Source of the DNA: Lama guanicoe
Taxonomy: Eukaryota
NCBI GenBank assembly: GCA_013239625.1
Contig: MU054026.1
Location: forward strand, 1,054,001 to 1,118,000
Direction of reading: 5' to 3'
Length of the DNA: 64,000 nt
Shown here: piece after piece, positions 52,501-64,000 of the stretch
Layout of the letters: every line of letters begins with the position of its first letter
How positions within the stretch are numbered: position 1 is the stretch's first letter
Program-made: the position numbers and the translations under genes
The notes under the pieces: model-generated
Told to the model about the DNA's origin: nothing
What the model saw: only the letters and a program-made list of their open reading frames with translations
The model's database searches: none

Positions 52501-53150
52501 AACTGGTATGTGAAGGTTCACAGCAGCTTTATTTATAATAACTGAAAACTGGAAATTGCCCATATGTCTTTAAAAGGTGAATGGATAAACAAACTTCAGT
52601 ACCATCCAAACGGAATACTATTCAGGAATAAAAAGAAGCACATTACTGATGAATATAAAAAGTTAGATTTGCCTCGGGATATAATGTTGAATGAAGAAAG
52701 CCAATCTCAAAAGGATACATACTAGATGATTTCATGTATGTAACAATCAAAAAATAAAATAATTGTAAGGATGGAGAATGGACTACAGACTGGTGGTTGC
52801 TAGGGGTTAGGGATTGGGGTAAGAAGGGGATGGATGTGGCTATAAGGGGCAACATGAGGGAGTCTTAGGGCAATGGTACAGTTGAGTATCTTGACTGTGG
52901 TGTTGTACGCAATATGTAATAGAATTTGCTTATAATTATACTCACACGCATGAATATGTGTGTAACTGGTGAAGTTTAATAAGCTCTATGGGTTGAACCA
53001 AAATCAATTTTTTTGTTTTTTGATATTATTCCATGGTTGTGTAATTTATTAATACTGGAGCATTAAGAGAAGGGTGCATGGGGCTTTCTACACATTAGTT
53101 TGCAACCTCATGTGTCTTTATAATTATTTCATATTATGAAATATGACTGT
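49600..53150 (+). mobile_element. Ancient L1MD-like element: ORF1 remnant (to ~50810), ORF2 end and 3'UTR (51570-53150)
   Basis: ORF1p-like peptide MKVRRKW..FQVLREKNCQ..LYLVKLPF..EEMKT....KLRECVASR; 3'UTR ggatgtggctataaggggcaacatgaggga typical of L1MD. Confidence 0.8.
50888..51520 (-). mobile_element. Internal L1 ORF2 fragment (younger than host) lacking 3'UTR and poly(A)
   Basis: Antisense match to 12897-13550. Confidence 0.85.
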
Positions 53151-53340
53151 TTAAAAAGAAGATGGATTATGTAACTTTCTAAACATGCAGCTGAATGAGT
53201 TTCCAATGTGCAAATACCAAGTTTTCCTCTTTCAGAGTATTTGTAATTCAATCTATAAATATCGTTCTTTTGGACTTACGAGATTGACCTGGCCTCTAAG
53301 ATACTTACACCTATACGTGTAACTGTGTGTGCCTGCACGC

Positions 53341-53364
53341 ACACACACACACACACACACACAC
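53341..53364. repeat. (AC)12 microsatellite
   Basis: Directly visible. Confidence 0.95.
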
Positions 53365-53699
53365 CAGATTGATTGGGTATAGTCAGAAGCCTGATTGAGA
53401 ATTGAGGAAAATTCTCACAAATGTCAAAGTTTGGGCAGACCAGGATACCTAGGAAAGGATGTGGAGAGCTGAAATTTTAGACAGAATAATAGAATTTTTT
53501 AAAATTTTACTCAGTATTTATTTCTTCTGGGGCAGCTCTTCTAATGATTGGTTTGAAAAATCATAAGAACAACTTTGTACTCTTGGATTTCATTCCAAGG
53601 AACTAGTGTGATCTCCCCATAAAGCTTTTCTTTCCTCTTTTCCTTAAAAAGAAACAAGCTTATTTCTTTAAGCTTTCATAGACTTGTCAGTTTTACAGA

Positions 53700-54223
53700 T
53701 GTGGCCAACTGAGGTGGGAAGCCCCCTGAAAGAGATGGGCAGGATCCCCAGGCAGGACCACTACTGCCAGCACCATCTGTTTCCCTGGCCTGGGGCATTA
53801 TCTTGCTTTTTGCCTCTGACTAGGCTTCTAGGAAAGTGGAACTTACCCTAAGATTCTATTTGTTCCCTGAGCTACCTCTTGATTGGTCCATTTGTTGTGC
53901 CTCATTTGCATGGAGCTCACTCTTCGTTGGTCCATTTCTATCACTCCTGATTGGTCCATTTCTACAAAGCTCGTTCCTAATTAGTCAACTTTTGTTACAC
54001 CTTATTTGCATATGATGTTGCAAAGTCTAGACTGGCAGCCTATAAAAGCCAGTGTGAACCTACAGACGGGGTCCAGAGCTTGGAGTGTTAACTCCTCTGG
54101 GCCCACCAGTGCAATAAACCTAAGTTCTCCAACTTTCTGAGTGCTGCTTGGTCTCTGGCCCAGATCCAGGTTGCTGTCACAACTGAGCTGTAACACTGAG
54201 CTTTAACACACTTTGCTACAACA
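53700..54223 (+). mobile_element. ERV solo LTR
   Basis: TG...CA ends (right end 54220 or 54223); TATAAAA 54041-54047; AATAAA 54113-54118; possible 5-bp TSD acaga/acaca. Confidence 0.85.
53878..54047 (+). promoter_or_regulatory. LTR U3 promoter motifs: inverted CCAAT boxes, two octamers, TATA
   Basis: ATTGG at 53882 and 53950 (variant GTTGG 53926); ATTTGCAT at 53904-53911 and 54004-54011; TATAAAA at 54041. Activity unknown. Confidence 0.55.
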
Positions 54224-54674
54224 CAATGATCCATGAAAAACCACACAATTCAGTGTAATACCATTTAAACAAGAAAGGGAAGCAAGCAGTTACGATGTCA
54301 GTTCAAACTGAGCAGATACAACCTTTGCTACAATGAGATATGAAGCTGACTAATAAAAAGCCATTTAGTGGTGGGTGGACACTATATACTGTGCAATTTA
54401 GGTTTTTATAACACATTGTGTTGACCACTGGATATAATCTACTTATGGTGTTTTATCATTGTTGTTTTTATATAAGCATTAATTTTTATTTAAAAATTTT
54501 TTTATTTTAAACATATGCCTGCATATGTGGGGTTTTGTGTGTGTGTGTTTTCTTTTAAGTCTTAAATATTTTGATCAAGACCTTTGGAATTCTCGCAGGG
54601 TCTATGCTTTCTTATGGGGCCTAATGGATAAAATTACCCTTTATGCCCCTTCATCTATGTTCTAGCCCAGTGCC

Positions 54675-54858
54675 CAGTGATAACCGACCTTTAACATGCA
54701 TCAGACCACCTATAGAGTTTGTTAAAATGGATTATTGTGCCTACCCCCAGATTTTCTGATTTATTAGGACTATGTGTGGGGCCTGAGAATTTGTTTTTAA
54801 CAAAGGTTCCAGGTGGTATTGATTCTTCTAGTTTGGGAACCACACTTGAGAACTGTAG
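54675..54858. mobile_element. MER5A-like hAT MITE
   Basis: tgcatcagaccacct...gtttgttaaaa...ggggcctgagaatttg...gaaccacacttgagaact. Confidence 0.8.
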
Positions 54859-55294
54859 GTCTCATCTACAATGAGTTTGTTAGTACAGGGAAAATTTAAC
54901 TTAGCTTTTCTGGAATGATCAATTTTTTTAATGTCTATCTCCAGATTACTCAGTTCTACTTAATGAATGAACTCATGCAAGAAAGCAATCGTTTCTACAG
55001 AACTCTGTTTGTCTGAATTCAGTTACTTTAAAATTGCAAGTTTATGTTTCACAGCTGAAAATTAGAAAAATAATTTCAAGATTGATTTTGCAAAATGTGT
55101 GTATTGATGTTCTGTATACTGTGGTCATTAGAAAGCTCCCTGGCTCTTCCCCCCAGGATTTAATTATGCTTCCTTTCCATGCAATTCTTACACTTTTGGT
55201 TTGTTAGTTTTCTAACTTGGGAAACAGTGGATTAGAATATAATAATAACCAAAGACTATTGCAGCCACCCGGGTGAGGGATGAGGATGGCAGTG

Positions 55295-55433
55295 CCTAAC
55301 GTTTACTGAGTTCCTACTTGGTGCCAAGCACTACCTATGCTAGATCATCTACTGACGTCTCGTCTGCCCCACCTGATAAGCTATGAGAGAGGCATCATTA
55401 TCCCCATTCTACAGCAGCAGACACTGAGACACA
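55295..55433 (-). mobile_element. MIR fragment
   Basis: tttactgag...gtgccaagcact...attatccccattctacag...actgagacaca. Confidence 0.75.
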
Positions 55434-55439
55434 TCTTTG

Positions 55440-55791
55440 GAGTGCATGACAGTCATTAGGGATCAACACTCTTGAAAGTAAGAAGGAAGCAGATTAGGAA
55501 GAGGGAAATGTTGAACCAGAATGCAAGCCTGACAGAGTTTTTGGCAAACCAGCAAGGGGATCTGGAGCAAGATTTGCTTTGTATTGTCCCCCAAAGGATT
55601 TGGACATTTATGCCCACACCACACTGAAAATGGATTTCCTCTGGTAAGGGTATGACCTCCGGTGTCGCTGAGGTTGATCCTGAAGTATTTAATGGCCAGA
55701 AGGGGTTTACCAATTGTTATCTCCTACCTTTGTGCTAGGCAGGAAGTCCTTCTTTGAAGGAGAACTTGGGTATCCATCTTGTGTCTGCCAC
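55440..55791 (-). mobile_element. Ancient ERVL-class LTR (LTR33/LTR41-like)
   Basis: gggatcaacac...gaaggaagcagattaggaagagggaaatgttgaa resembles remembered LTR33/41. Confidence 0.6.
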
Positions 55792-55971
55792 TGATTATTT
55801 TCAAAGCCAAAATAATGGTCTCAGTAAAGATTCAAACTCAAACATCATTTATATGATATATGCTGTTTCTTTCTAAAATATATTTGCTAAATATATTTCT
55901 TAACCGAATCTTAGTGAGGAAGAAAAGTTAAGCAAAGATAAAACACCAGTTGCTTGCACATGTCAGGCTTC

Positions 55972-56390
55972 TGTAATCTTTCTTGCTGTACCAGCCAGTA
56001 ACAGCCGTTGAGAAACTTACTGCCCTTAGCCCAGGAGGTCCCAAATACCAGGAAACCTAACGTATAAAAGACAATCAGACGCCGAGCCCGGGGCTCAGCT
56101 CTTGGAGGAGACTCTGCTGAGCCAGCACCGGTGCAGAATAAACCAGTTTTTTCTGATCCTCAGAGTGCCTGCCATCTGTCTCCTCCCACAGGCTGAATTC
56201 TCCCACTGCATTTGGAGTCCGTAAAGGACGCCCAACTGCATTGTGGGATAATGCAATGATGACCCCGGTGCCCCGGAAGGATGTAGTAGAGCTGGTCCCT
56301 ACAAGAAAGGTCTCCAGACCTCCCTGTAACGTTGTCACCTGTCAGCCTGTCAGTGTGCTGCTTGAGTCTGGAATCTGTGAATGTTGAGCT
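55972..56390 (+). mobile_element. ERV1-like LTR (short or partial) followed by a leader fragment
   Basis: TATAAAA 56063-56069; ggggctcagctcttgga...gctgagcc; AATAAA 56137-56142; CA at 56209-56210 then ttTGG. Confidence 0.6.
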
Positions 56391-56809
56391 GTTGCTTTCA
56401 CTGGTTACCGTCATTCCTCACCCCGGTAACTGAGTCTCCTGACTCATCTTCCTGTTTTCATTCTTGCCCTACCCCGATTCCTAGCCAGGCACTGAAAAAT
56501 GTATTCACGACACAAATCTGCTCAGATGTTTTTAATAATTTCTCTGCACATGCATGTTTGTATGGATGTATTTATGGATGTGTATGTAGTTTTATTCACA
56601 GCACTATTTTTGCAGTGTGCAACCAGTCCACACTCACACTCAAATTGTTCACTATATGCCTCCTCCACTATGATTTCCGATTCTTACAGAGTTTTTACCT
56701 GTGATGTTTACTCCTGGACAACCAGATTCTAAAAGAGTAGTTCTCAACCATTGAACAGTTATTAAATATTTGGTAAATATGTAAATTGAATGAAAAGACA
56801 ATGATAGCC

Positions 56810-56872
56810 AATAAAATAAAATAAAATAAAATAAAATAAAATAAAATAAAATAAAATAAAATAAAAATAAAA
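56810..56872. repeat. (AAAAT)n pentanucleotide repeat, ~12 units
   Basis: Directly visible. Confidence 0.96.
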
Positions 56873-56958
56873 GTCAGAAAAATGATTTGTGTTCAGATTC
56901 CAGTAACAAAACCTAATAGTTTGGATAAATTACAAAAAACTCTAAGATTTCTTTTGTT

Positions 56959-57432
56959 CATATTCCATCTTAATTGAAGTTAATACATATGATTTTTTGA
57001 TCTTACAAAGGTGCAAAATCTACATGCATTCAGTAGAAACCTTACTTTGAATTTTAACCTTTTTCTGGGCTAATTGTATGCAGCACAATGCTCTTTCATG
57101 GTGCGGGGCAGCCAGCAGTGACCTGCAGCTCCCAGTCAGTTATGTGGGTAAACACAACCATTCTGTACCCACAAAAACTTCTGTTTTTCACTTTCAGTAC
57201 AGCATTTAATAAATTGCAGGAGATATTCAACACTTAATTATCAAATAGGCTTTTTTAGGTGGTTTTGCCCAGCTCTTGGCTAATGAAATGGTTTCAGCAC
57301 ATTTCAGGTACACTAGGCTAGGCTATAATGTTTGATAGGTCAGATGTATTAAACACATTTTCAGCTTAACCATATTTTCCACCTTTAATGAGTTTATCGG
57401 TCATAACACCAGTATAAGTGGAGGAATATCTG
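56959..57432 (+). mobile_element. Tigger5b/MER47-like TcMar element
   Basis: gcattcagtagaaacc...tgtttttcactttcagtacag...taagtggaggaatatctg followed by TA. Confidence 0.82.
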
Positions 57433-57955
57433 TACATATTTACAGTTTGTGTTTGGCAAAGAGTTTCTTTAAGACAGGCTCTGCTTATGAGATTATTCTG
57501 AGGATATGTGATGTGTGTACAAGCTGGTCTTCTCAGCTCCCTCTGAACACGCCATTGCTTGCGCACACTCACAGCTCCACAATTCAGTTCCTACTCTGTA
57601 GGTTATACTTGCTGGCCCTTTCTAAAACAACTGTAACCATTCACCTGATCCTTCTTACTTGGGCAGTTCCACACCCAGCATCTTCCTTCCTAAAAAATAG
57701 TTCCCACATAGATCTTCCCCAGTTTCCAATAAGGATTGCACTTATGCACAAAACCACATTTTTCAACATTTGGTTTTGTTGTTTAATATGTTTTCCTGCC
57801 TACCTTATATGCATAGCTCCTTTCTGAAGAGAAAGGAAGATTCTTAAGGACAAAGACTAGATGACTCATTTCTTTACTACGGCCCAAAGCGACCATCACT
57901 CTGGAAAGATAAGTAGATGCTTCATGTAGCTCTAAATAGAAGTTATTTTTCTTAA

Positions 57956-58154
57956 ACAACAAGTTCATACTGTACAGCACAGGGAACTATATTCAATATA
58001 TTGTAGTAACTCATAGTGAAAAAAGAATATGAAAACAAATATATGTATATTCATATATGACTGAAGCATTGTGCTGTACACCAGAAATTGACACAACACT
58101 GTAAACTTCAGTAAAATATATAGATGAAAAACAAAATAAAATAAAAGTTAAAAA
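57956..58154 (+). mobile_element. Short young L1 3' end
   Basis: TSD-like aagttatttttcttaa (57940-57955) / aagtatttgtcttaa (58155-58169). Confidence 0.9.
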
Positions 58155-58888
58155 AAGTATTTGTCTTAACACAGCAGTCCCTGAGTCCCACAGACTTCAA
58201 TACACCCTTCTCAGTAAAAGAATGGAGCTATTTTTATCAGCTATCTCACTGATGAATAAACAAAGAGTACTTCATGGTTCCAAGGCAACATTCAGGCTGT
58301 GGAAAGCAGAGTTTCAAGGTCTCAAGCTGAGTGAAGCTACAATTAGACCATCCGCACTGAAGGATTTATTATGGTGTCTCTTCAAGACAAAACAGTGTGT
58401 GGTCTGTGATTCACGTAAAACTCTTCTAATCCAGCTCCCAAATCTCTGGAACTCATCTCATTCATAGCACCATTTTCACTCTGCACAATTGGTTAGGTTT
58501 TCCCAAAAACAAAACACAGAAATTATCTCCTTTCACATCCTAGTGTGACAGCAGGAGACATGCTACACTGGGGCAAAGACCAAAGCTCAGAAACTTAATG
58601 CCTGGGAATTTTAAGAAGGCTTTAGAGTGGTCTAGATGGACTCTGGACAAAATACGTCAACTGATTGGAAAACAGTGCTATTCACTAGTTTTGAAACTCG
58701 TTTCCTTATTCTAATTTTTCCTCACACTTTTCTGCCCAATTTCAGGTCCTGGAGCTCCTCACTCCACATCCAAAGAGTCATCATTCTGATTTTTCTGGCC
58801 AATAAAATGCAATTGCTTATGTTCCATTCTCTAAGGAGTGTGTTAAGATCCTGAAGCTGATATAAAAAACTAATACATAAAAAATAAT

Positions 58889-59597
58889 ATTTGGTGTAGC
58901 CATTGTGGAAAACAGTATGGAGAGTCCTCAAAAGACTAAAAATAGACTTACCATATGATCCAGCAATCCCACTCCTGGGCATAAATCTAGAAGGAATTCT
59001 ATCAAAAAGACACCTGCACCCCAATGTTCATAGCAGCACTATTTACAGTAGCCAAGACATGGAAACAACCTAAATGTCCATTGACAGATGACTGGATAAA
59101 GAAGTAGTGGTATATTTATACAACAGAATACTATTCAGCCATAAAAATGACAACATAATGCCATTTGCATCAACATGGATGTCCGTGGAGAATGTCATTC
59201 TAAGGGAAGTAAGCCAGAAAGAGAAAGAAAAGTATCATATGATATTGCTAATATGTGGAATCTAAAAAAAAAAAGACAAATGAACTTAAATATAAAATAG
59301 AAACACACTCACAGACACAAAATACAAACTTGCGGTTTCAGGGTGGAGGTGGGTGGGAAGGGACAGACTGGGAGTTCAAGATTTGTAGATGCTGATGGTA
59401 TATACAGAATAGATAGACACGTTTATACTGTACAGCACAGGGAAATATATACAAGATCTTGTAGTAGCTCACAGTGAAAAAGAATATGAAAATGAATATA
59501 TGTATATTCATGTATGACTGAAAAATTGTTCTGTACACCAGAAATTGATACCACATTGTAAACTGACTGTAACTCAATGAAAACAAGTATAATTTAA
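58889..59597 (+). mobile_element. Young 5'-truncated L1
   Basis: ORF2 end plus 3'UTR closely similar to the reverse complement of 5716-6400; flanked by aaaaaataata. Confidence 0.93.
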
Positions 59598-59624
59598 AAA
59601 AATAATAATAATGGTTTGCACATC

Positions 59625-59855
59625 AGCAGTCTAACACAGTGAGATCTCAGATCAGAACATGGGGTATTGTCTCTGAAGTCTAACTAGTTGTGTGACCTTG
59701 AGCAAGATGCTCAATATATTAAAGCTTCAGTGAATTTCTAGGCGAATAGGTAACATAAAGCAGCCTATTCATGGGCTTGTGGTAAAAGGAATAAATATAA
59801 TTGTGTGTGTTAAGTACCTGGCACAAAGCCATGCAAATACTAAATACATCATGTG
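59625..59855 (+). mobile_element. MIR SINE
   Basis: Core actagttgtgtgaccttgagcaag and 3' cctggcaca. Confidence 0.75.
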
Positions 59856-62244
59856 CATCATCAGTGTCAAAATGAATATTGTTCCCAGATAACATACTTG
59901 ACTTTAAACAGAACCTTTCAATATCAATATTTTAGGTCAAAGAGGTGAATAATGATAAAAACATCCAGCACTAAAATTTGTTTATATTTCTTGGAAAAGA
60001 ACTTGGGGTTCACCAAAATGCTTTAAGAATACAGGCATCTACTCTACCAAACACGATAAGGAACAATTTTCATCAGCAGCGCTATTTCCTCTCCGCCTCT
60101 TTAAAGGCAGACAGGAGGGTGAAAAGTTGTTTCAGCAAGAATTCTACTTCTCTGCCTCCCAGCCCTAAACAAAAGCCCCAGAATGATTTCATTCAGGCTC
60201 CTTGAGTTTATTACTCTAGGAATATTCACAGAATTCCTTTGAGATATAGATGACTCAGATGTCAGCTTCTTGGGTTTTGTTTTAGATAAAGAAACAGTGA
60301 CCTAACTTTTAAATACTGATGTAACAGAAGTAGATGTAATCTGGATTTTAGTCCTAATCTTGACACTAAAAACAATAGTGTTAAGTCAATTTCTATCAAT
60401 GTATTCACTTCTCAAGTATATTTATTTCACAAATATCTTCATTCTTCAAATACTTGTCTTTAAACTCCACAGGGCAGTTACAGGATTAAAATAAAGTGTG
60501 AATTAAAAGGATTTGGAAAAGGAAAAACCACACTACAATTACTGAAATAATTATTTCCATCACCAACAACACAGACAGAAGACAAATTTGCATATCAACA
60601 CTTCATTATTGGAGAGGTTGGTAATGAGCATTTTTTAAAAAGATTGTAATTTGAGTTTTCATGTTTTTTGCACTTGCTCTGACTATCTTGTTTACTTGCT
60701 TTTATCTAAAAGGCAGCGTTTGTCAAATCTAAATTACTCAGCGTAATGTCTTTTTTGGGGATTTGTTTCAGTGACATTTGTAATGTTGGAATTCATGATC
60801 ACTGCTAATGTGAAATTATCCAGGCAGAGACAGGGGTCCTGTTTGCATCCCTTTGTGAGAAGCAGAGGACCACCTTTGAGCCTAAGAAAGTGGACGCAGG
60901 GCCAGGATGGTGAGAGGAAAGCAAATGCCAGTCAGCTCAGAACCATGGAGAACGATCATTCTAGAGAGAATCTGATTAACTTTGCCTGAACAAGTTTCCC
61001 TAATGTTCTCAAATTCACACGCCTTCTCAGAGTCACTTATAGCTCTCTTGACTGGCATCCAAATAAATGTTTATATTTTCTAGGAATTCTGAGAAGTACA
61101 ACAAAGGGGGTCCTGTGATCACTGATGGTCACACCCATCTCAGATGCTCTCTTATGCTGCTTTCCAGAGGTCCTAAAAAAGGGTAAAGCATCTCCATGTT
61201 TCAGAGAAGTATTTGAAGGGTTCACCACTAGAACTAAACCTCTCTTCTTCCTTTCTATCCAATATCTGAGAATAGACTCATTCTTAGCTGGTGAGGGGAT
61301 CTTGAATTCCTAATCCGTAATAATGCAACCATATCAAACGAAACATAGTTTTGGAGAAAGGAAACTAACAAAGTAAGGCAGCAGCACATGTGCAAAGGAG
61401 ACAAATAGAACAACTCCTGCAATGCAGTCAGCTGCCCTTTAGGATGCTTTTATCTCAAGTATCTCAAGTGAAACACACAAAAATGCATTGCACTAAATCA
61501 TAGGAATATGTTTCTGTCTTAAGCGTAAATGTATATGAGATCATTTCACTTTTAGAAAACTTAAGTTGCATTAGATACAAAAATCAAAATATATAGAACA
61601 CTTAAAATAGGAGAAAACTATTTGTATTAGGGATGATTCTTAACTTAGCAAAAAGTTTTATTAGCAGGCTGCTTTGGGCAGTCTAAAATATATTCCATTA
61701 GCTGGAATAACAAATTATTAAAATCCAGTTCAAATATAAGGTCAATGCACATGAAGATACAGCATCTCAAGTTATAAGCTACTTGACTTAGAGAATTTGA
61801 TTTTGAAAAAACTGATTTAAATGCAACTTCTCAGTAATGCAACTTTGTACAAAGTGAGTAATGACAACGGGATTTCAAGATGATTTGCCTGGTCCCTGAA
61901 TTAAGTTTTTGTCTTCTAGTGTCTCCAGGAGGATGAAGGACAACTGAAATATCATTACCTTGCAGAGACAGTGCAGAGACAAGGTCATCATAGTTTGCCC
62001 ATCAGTTCCTGAGAGCGTCTGCCCAGAAGAGAGTAAATGACCAACATAAAATCTGGTAATGGACCACAGTTTAAACCAGGCATGCTTTCTGCATGATCAA
62101 TTTTGTTTACTTGGAGAAATTGTGAGACTGAGGATTGCAGTAATACAGCAGGGGCAGCTTGAAGCAGATTGATGGCACATAGGAGTCATTTCCTACTGTA
62201 CTTGAAAAACAGTGGTTTTTTTTCTGATTCTGGAAAGTGGGAAG

Positions 62245-62600
62245 GGTCCTGTTTTGACCATTCATTGCTGCATGAAAAGTGGTTTAAACAATTCCATTCT
62301 ATTTGTCCACAGCTATGTAGGTCATAAATCCAGACAAAGCTCAGCTGGGAGATTGCTCTGTTCCCTGTGGCTTGGCTAGGATATCTCATGAGGCTGCAGT
62401 CAGGTGGCAGCTGCTGCTGGAACATGCTAAATGGCTTTGCCCACGTGTGTGGTACCTTGGCAGGAACAGCTGTGAGTCCAGGTGTTTCTTTGTCCACATG
62501 TTTCTCTTCGATTGTTATCTTGGTCTTCTTTAGATGGTAGGTGGATCCCAAGAGCAAGTGTTTCAAGTGGCAAAGACAGAATCTGCATAACTCTAGACAA
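62245..62600 (-). mobile_element. MaLR LTR fragment (MLT1G/H-like)
   Basis: agtggtttaaaacaa...gctcagctggg...ctcatgaggctgcagtcaggtggcagctg. Confidence 0.7.
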
Positions 62601-62783
62601 ATTAGGAGAATAAGTATTTTGGGTAAAATTTTTTTAGAAGTGTATTTTTTCAGAAGTAAATGCTTTTGCATATAGAAGAGCAATATGAGTTCTAAGTATA
62701 CCAGTATGAAATCTGAATGTTTTAAACTGCTCAGAGTGTTGCTCTTTAATCATAGAAGATTTGATTTAAGAGATCTTGGGGGA

Positions 62784-62941
62784 GGGAGGGTATAGCTCAG
62801 TGGTAGAGTGTGTGCCTAACATGTACGAGGTCCTGGGTTCAATCCCCAGCAACACCATTAAAAATGAATAAATAAACCTAATTACCTCCCCCTCAAAAAA
62901 AACCCCAAAATTAAAAATAGTAAAAGGAAAAAAGAGAGAGA
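62784..62941 (+). mobile_element. vic-1-like SINE, long form, well preserved
   Basis: A box tagctcagtgg 62793-62803; B box ggttcaatcc 62836-62845; 16-bp TSD aagagatc(t/c)tggggga at 62768-62783 and 62942-62957. Confidence 0.94.
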
Positions 62942-63669
62942 AAGAGATCCTGGGGGATATATGTTAAGTAGCAAATTTACTAATGAACTCTTGGTGATTA
63001 TATATTGATCATATACTTCTAAGAGTTTCCTATTTGAGAACTTAATTTTAGAAACAGGAATCTAAATTTGTGTCTTCCAAAAGTTAAAACCTAGGGAGAA
63101 CTAACTAAATGGTTTTCCCCTCAAAACTATGAAAGCAAACTAGAGCTTAACTTTGTCATTGGAGCAGAGGATAATCCCAGAGCCAGAGATCATGTTTGGG
63201 CATTCTTAGATTTGTCTCCCTGAGGGCATTAACAGAGGGCTCTTGATTGCTGAGTCATGGCTCCATTTCTACCTTCTGTTGACTCCCCCATCCCCTCTTT
63301 GCAGAGAAGGACAGAATTACCCTCCACCACGTACTGAGGTCCCAAACTGGGATGCACCGCTGTATCAGCTTTTCATGTTGCATCCCACCTGAACTACAAT
63401 TTCCTGGCAACAGAAGCTTCAATATTTGGTACAAACTGTGATCCGCAACATTTCTTTTGCTCTGAAATAATCTGTTTTAATTCACTGCTATTCTGAGTCT
63501 GTTGTTAAAATCACAAAGACACGTGCAATGGGAAATATAAAACAGACTAGCTGTGAAACAAGCCATGTTAAACAGGAAAATAATGCTCCACAAATTATGT
63601 GTGCCTAGGAAGTCGTACTGATATAGCAAAGAAAATAGGCATTTTTACTTTTGAGAAGCAGTGCTAAGC

Positions 63670-63880
63670 ACATTCAAAGACACTGTACCAATAACCCTCC
63701 CTCCAACATTATACAGAAGTGCCTGTTTCTCTTCATTCTTACCAACGCCACTTACCTTCAACATTTTCTACCTTTTATAGATTTCAGGGTAAGAATAGTA
63801 TCTTGTTTCTCTTGCTGTATTTACTTATGAGCAATAGTGAGCATTTCCAATGTTAATTGATCATTTACAAATTGTCTTCT
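63670..63880 (-). mobile_element. Old L1ME-type fragment
   Basis: tgtaccaat...agtgcctgtttctcttcattcttaccaac...gtgagcatt. Confidence 0.6.
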
Positions 63881-64000
63881 AGATATGGATTCAATGTTGT
63901 TGTAAGAAACAAAAGAGGTTTTGATTTTTGATTGATTGATTGATTTTAAAATTTGGACTGGAGAAGTTTCTTTATGTGTGACCATATGCAACAGCAACAA

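Noticed and set aside
56810..56872. Regular tandem array as a possible CRISPR-like structure
   Set aside because: Simple pentamer microsatellite with no spacers, in eukaryotic DNA.
62186..62683. 165-aa ORF on the minus strand
   Set aside because: Runs through an MLT1 LTR fragment; no recognisable homology.
62787..62860. tRNA-Ala-like sequence as a real tRNA gene
   Set aside because: Stems are mismatched, and it has an A-rich tail and TSD, so it is a SINE (same for the other four copies).

Overview
Mammalian, AT-rich, non-coding genomic DNA, most likely from a camelid (alpaca/llama/camel). The evidence for this is five tRNA-Ala-derived SINEs of the vic-1 type plus cetartiodactyl-type L1 3' ends. 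I cannot identify any protein-coding host gene. Every ORF with recognisable homology is a broken LINE-1 ORF1/ORF2 fragment or its antisense. By my rough hand count about 40% of the window is L1/HAL1-derived. The remainder holds L2, MIR, MaLR/ERV LTRs, hAT and Tigger DNA-transposon fossils, microsatellites and unique sequence. Repeat family names come from remembered consensus sequences and need confirming with RepeatMasker/Dfam. The interesting signal is in retrotransposition mechanics. (i) One L1 has its 5'-UTR promoter end fused directly to its last ~1.1 kb (46770-48179), so it is either spliced or internally deleted and could be a non-autonomous derivative. (ii) A fold-back inverted duplication of target DNA sits at an L1 5' junction inside a SINE (14193-14244). 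(iii) Two L1s carry twin-priming inversions. (iv) Several L1 insertions coincide with target deletions or lack tails. There are also weak exon-like signals on the minus strand that could belong to a lncRNA. I found no evidence of a CRISPR array, functional RNA gene or novel protein system.
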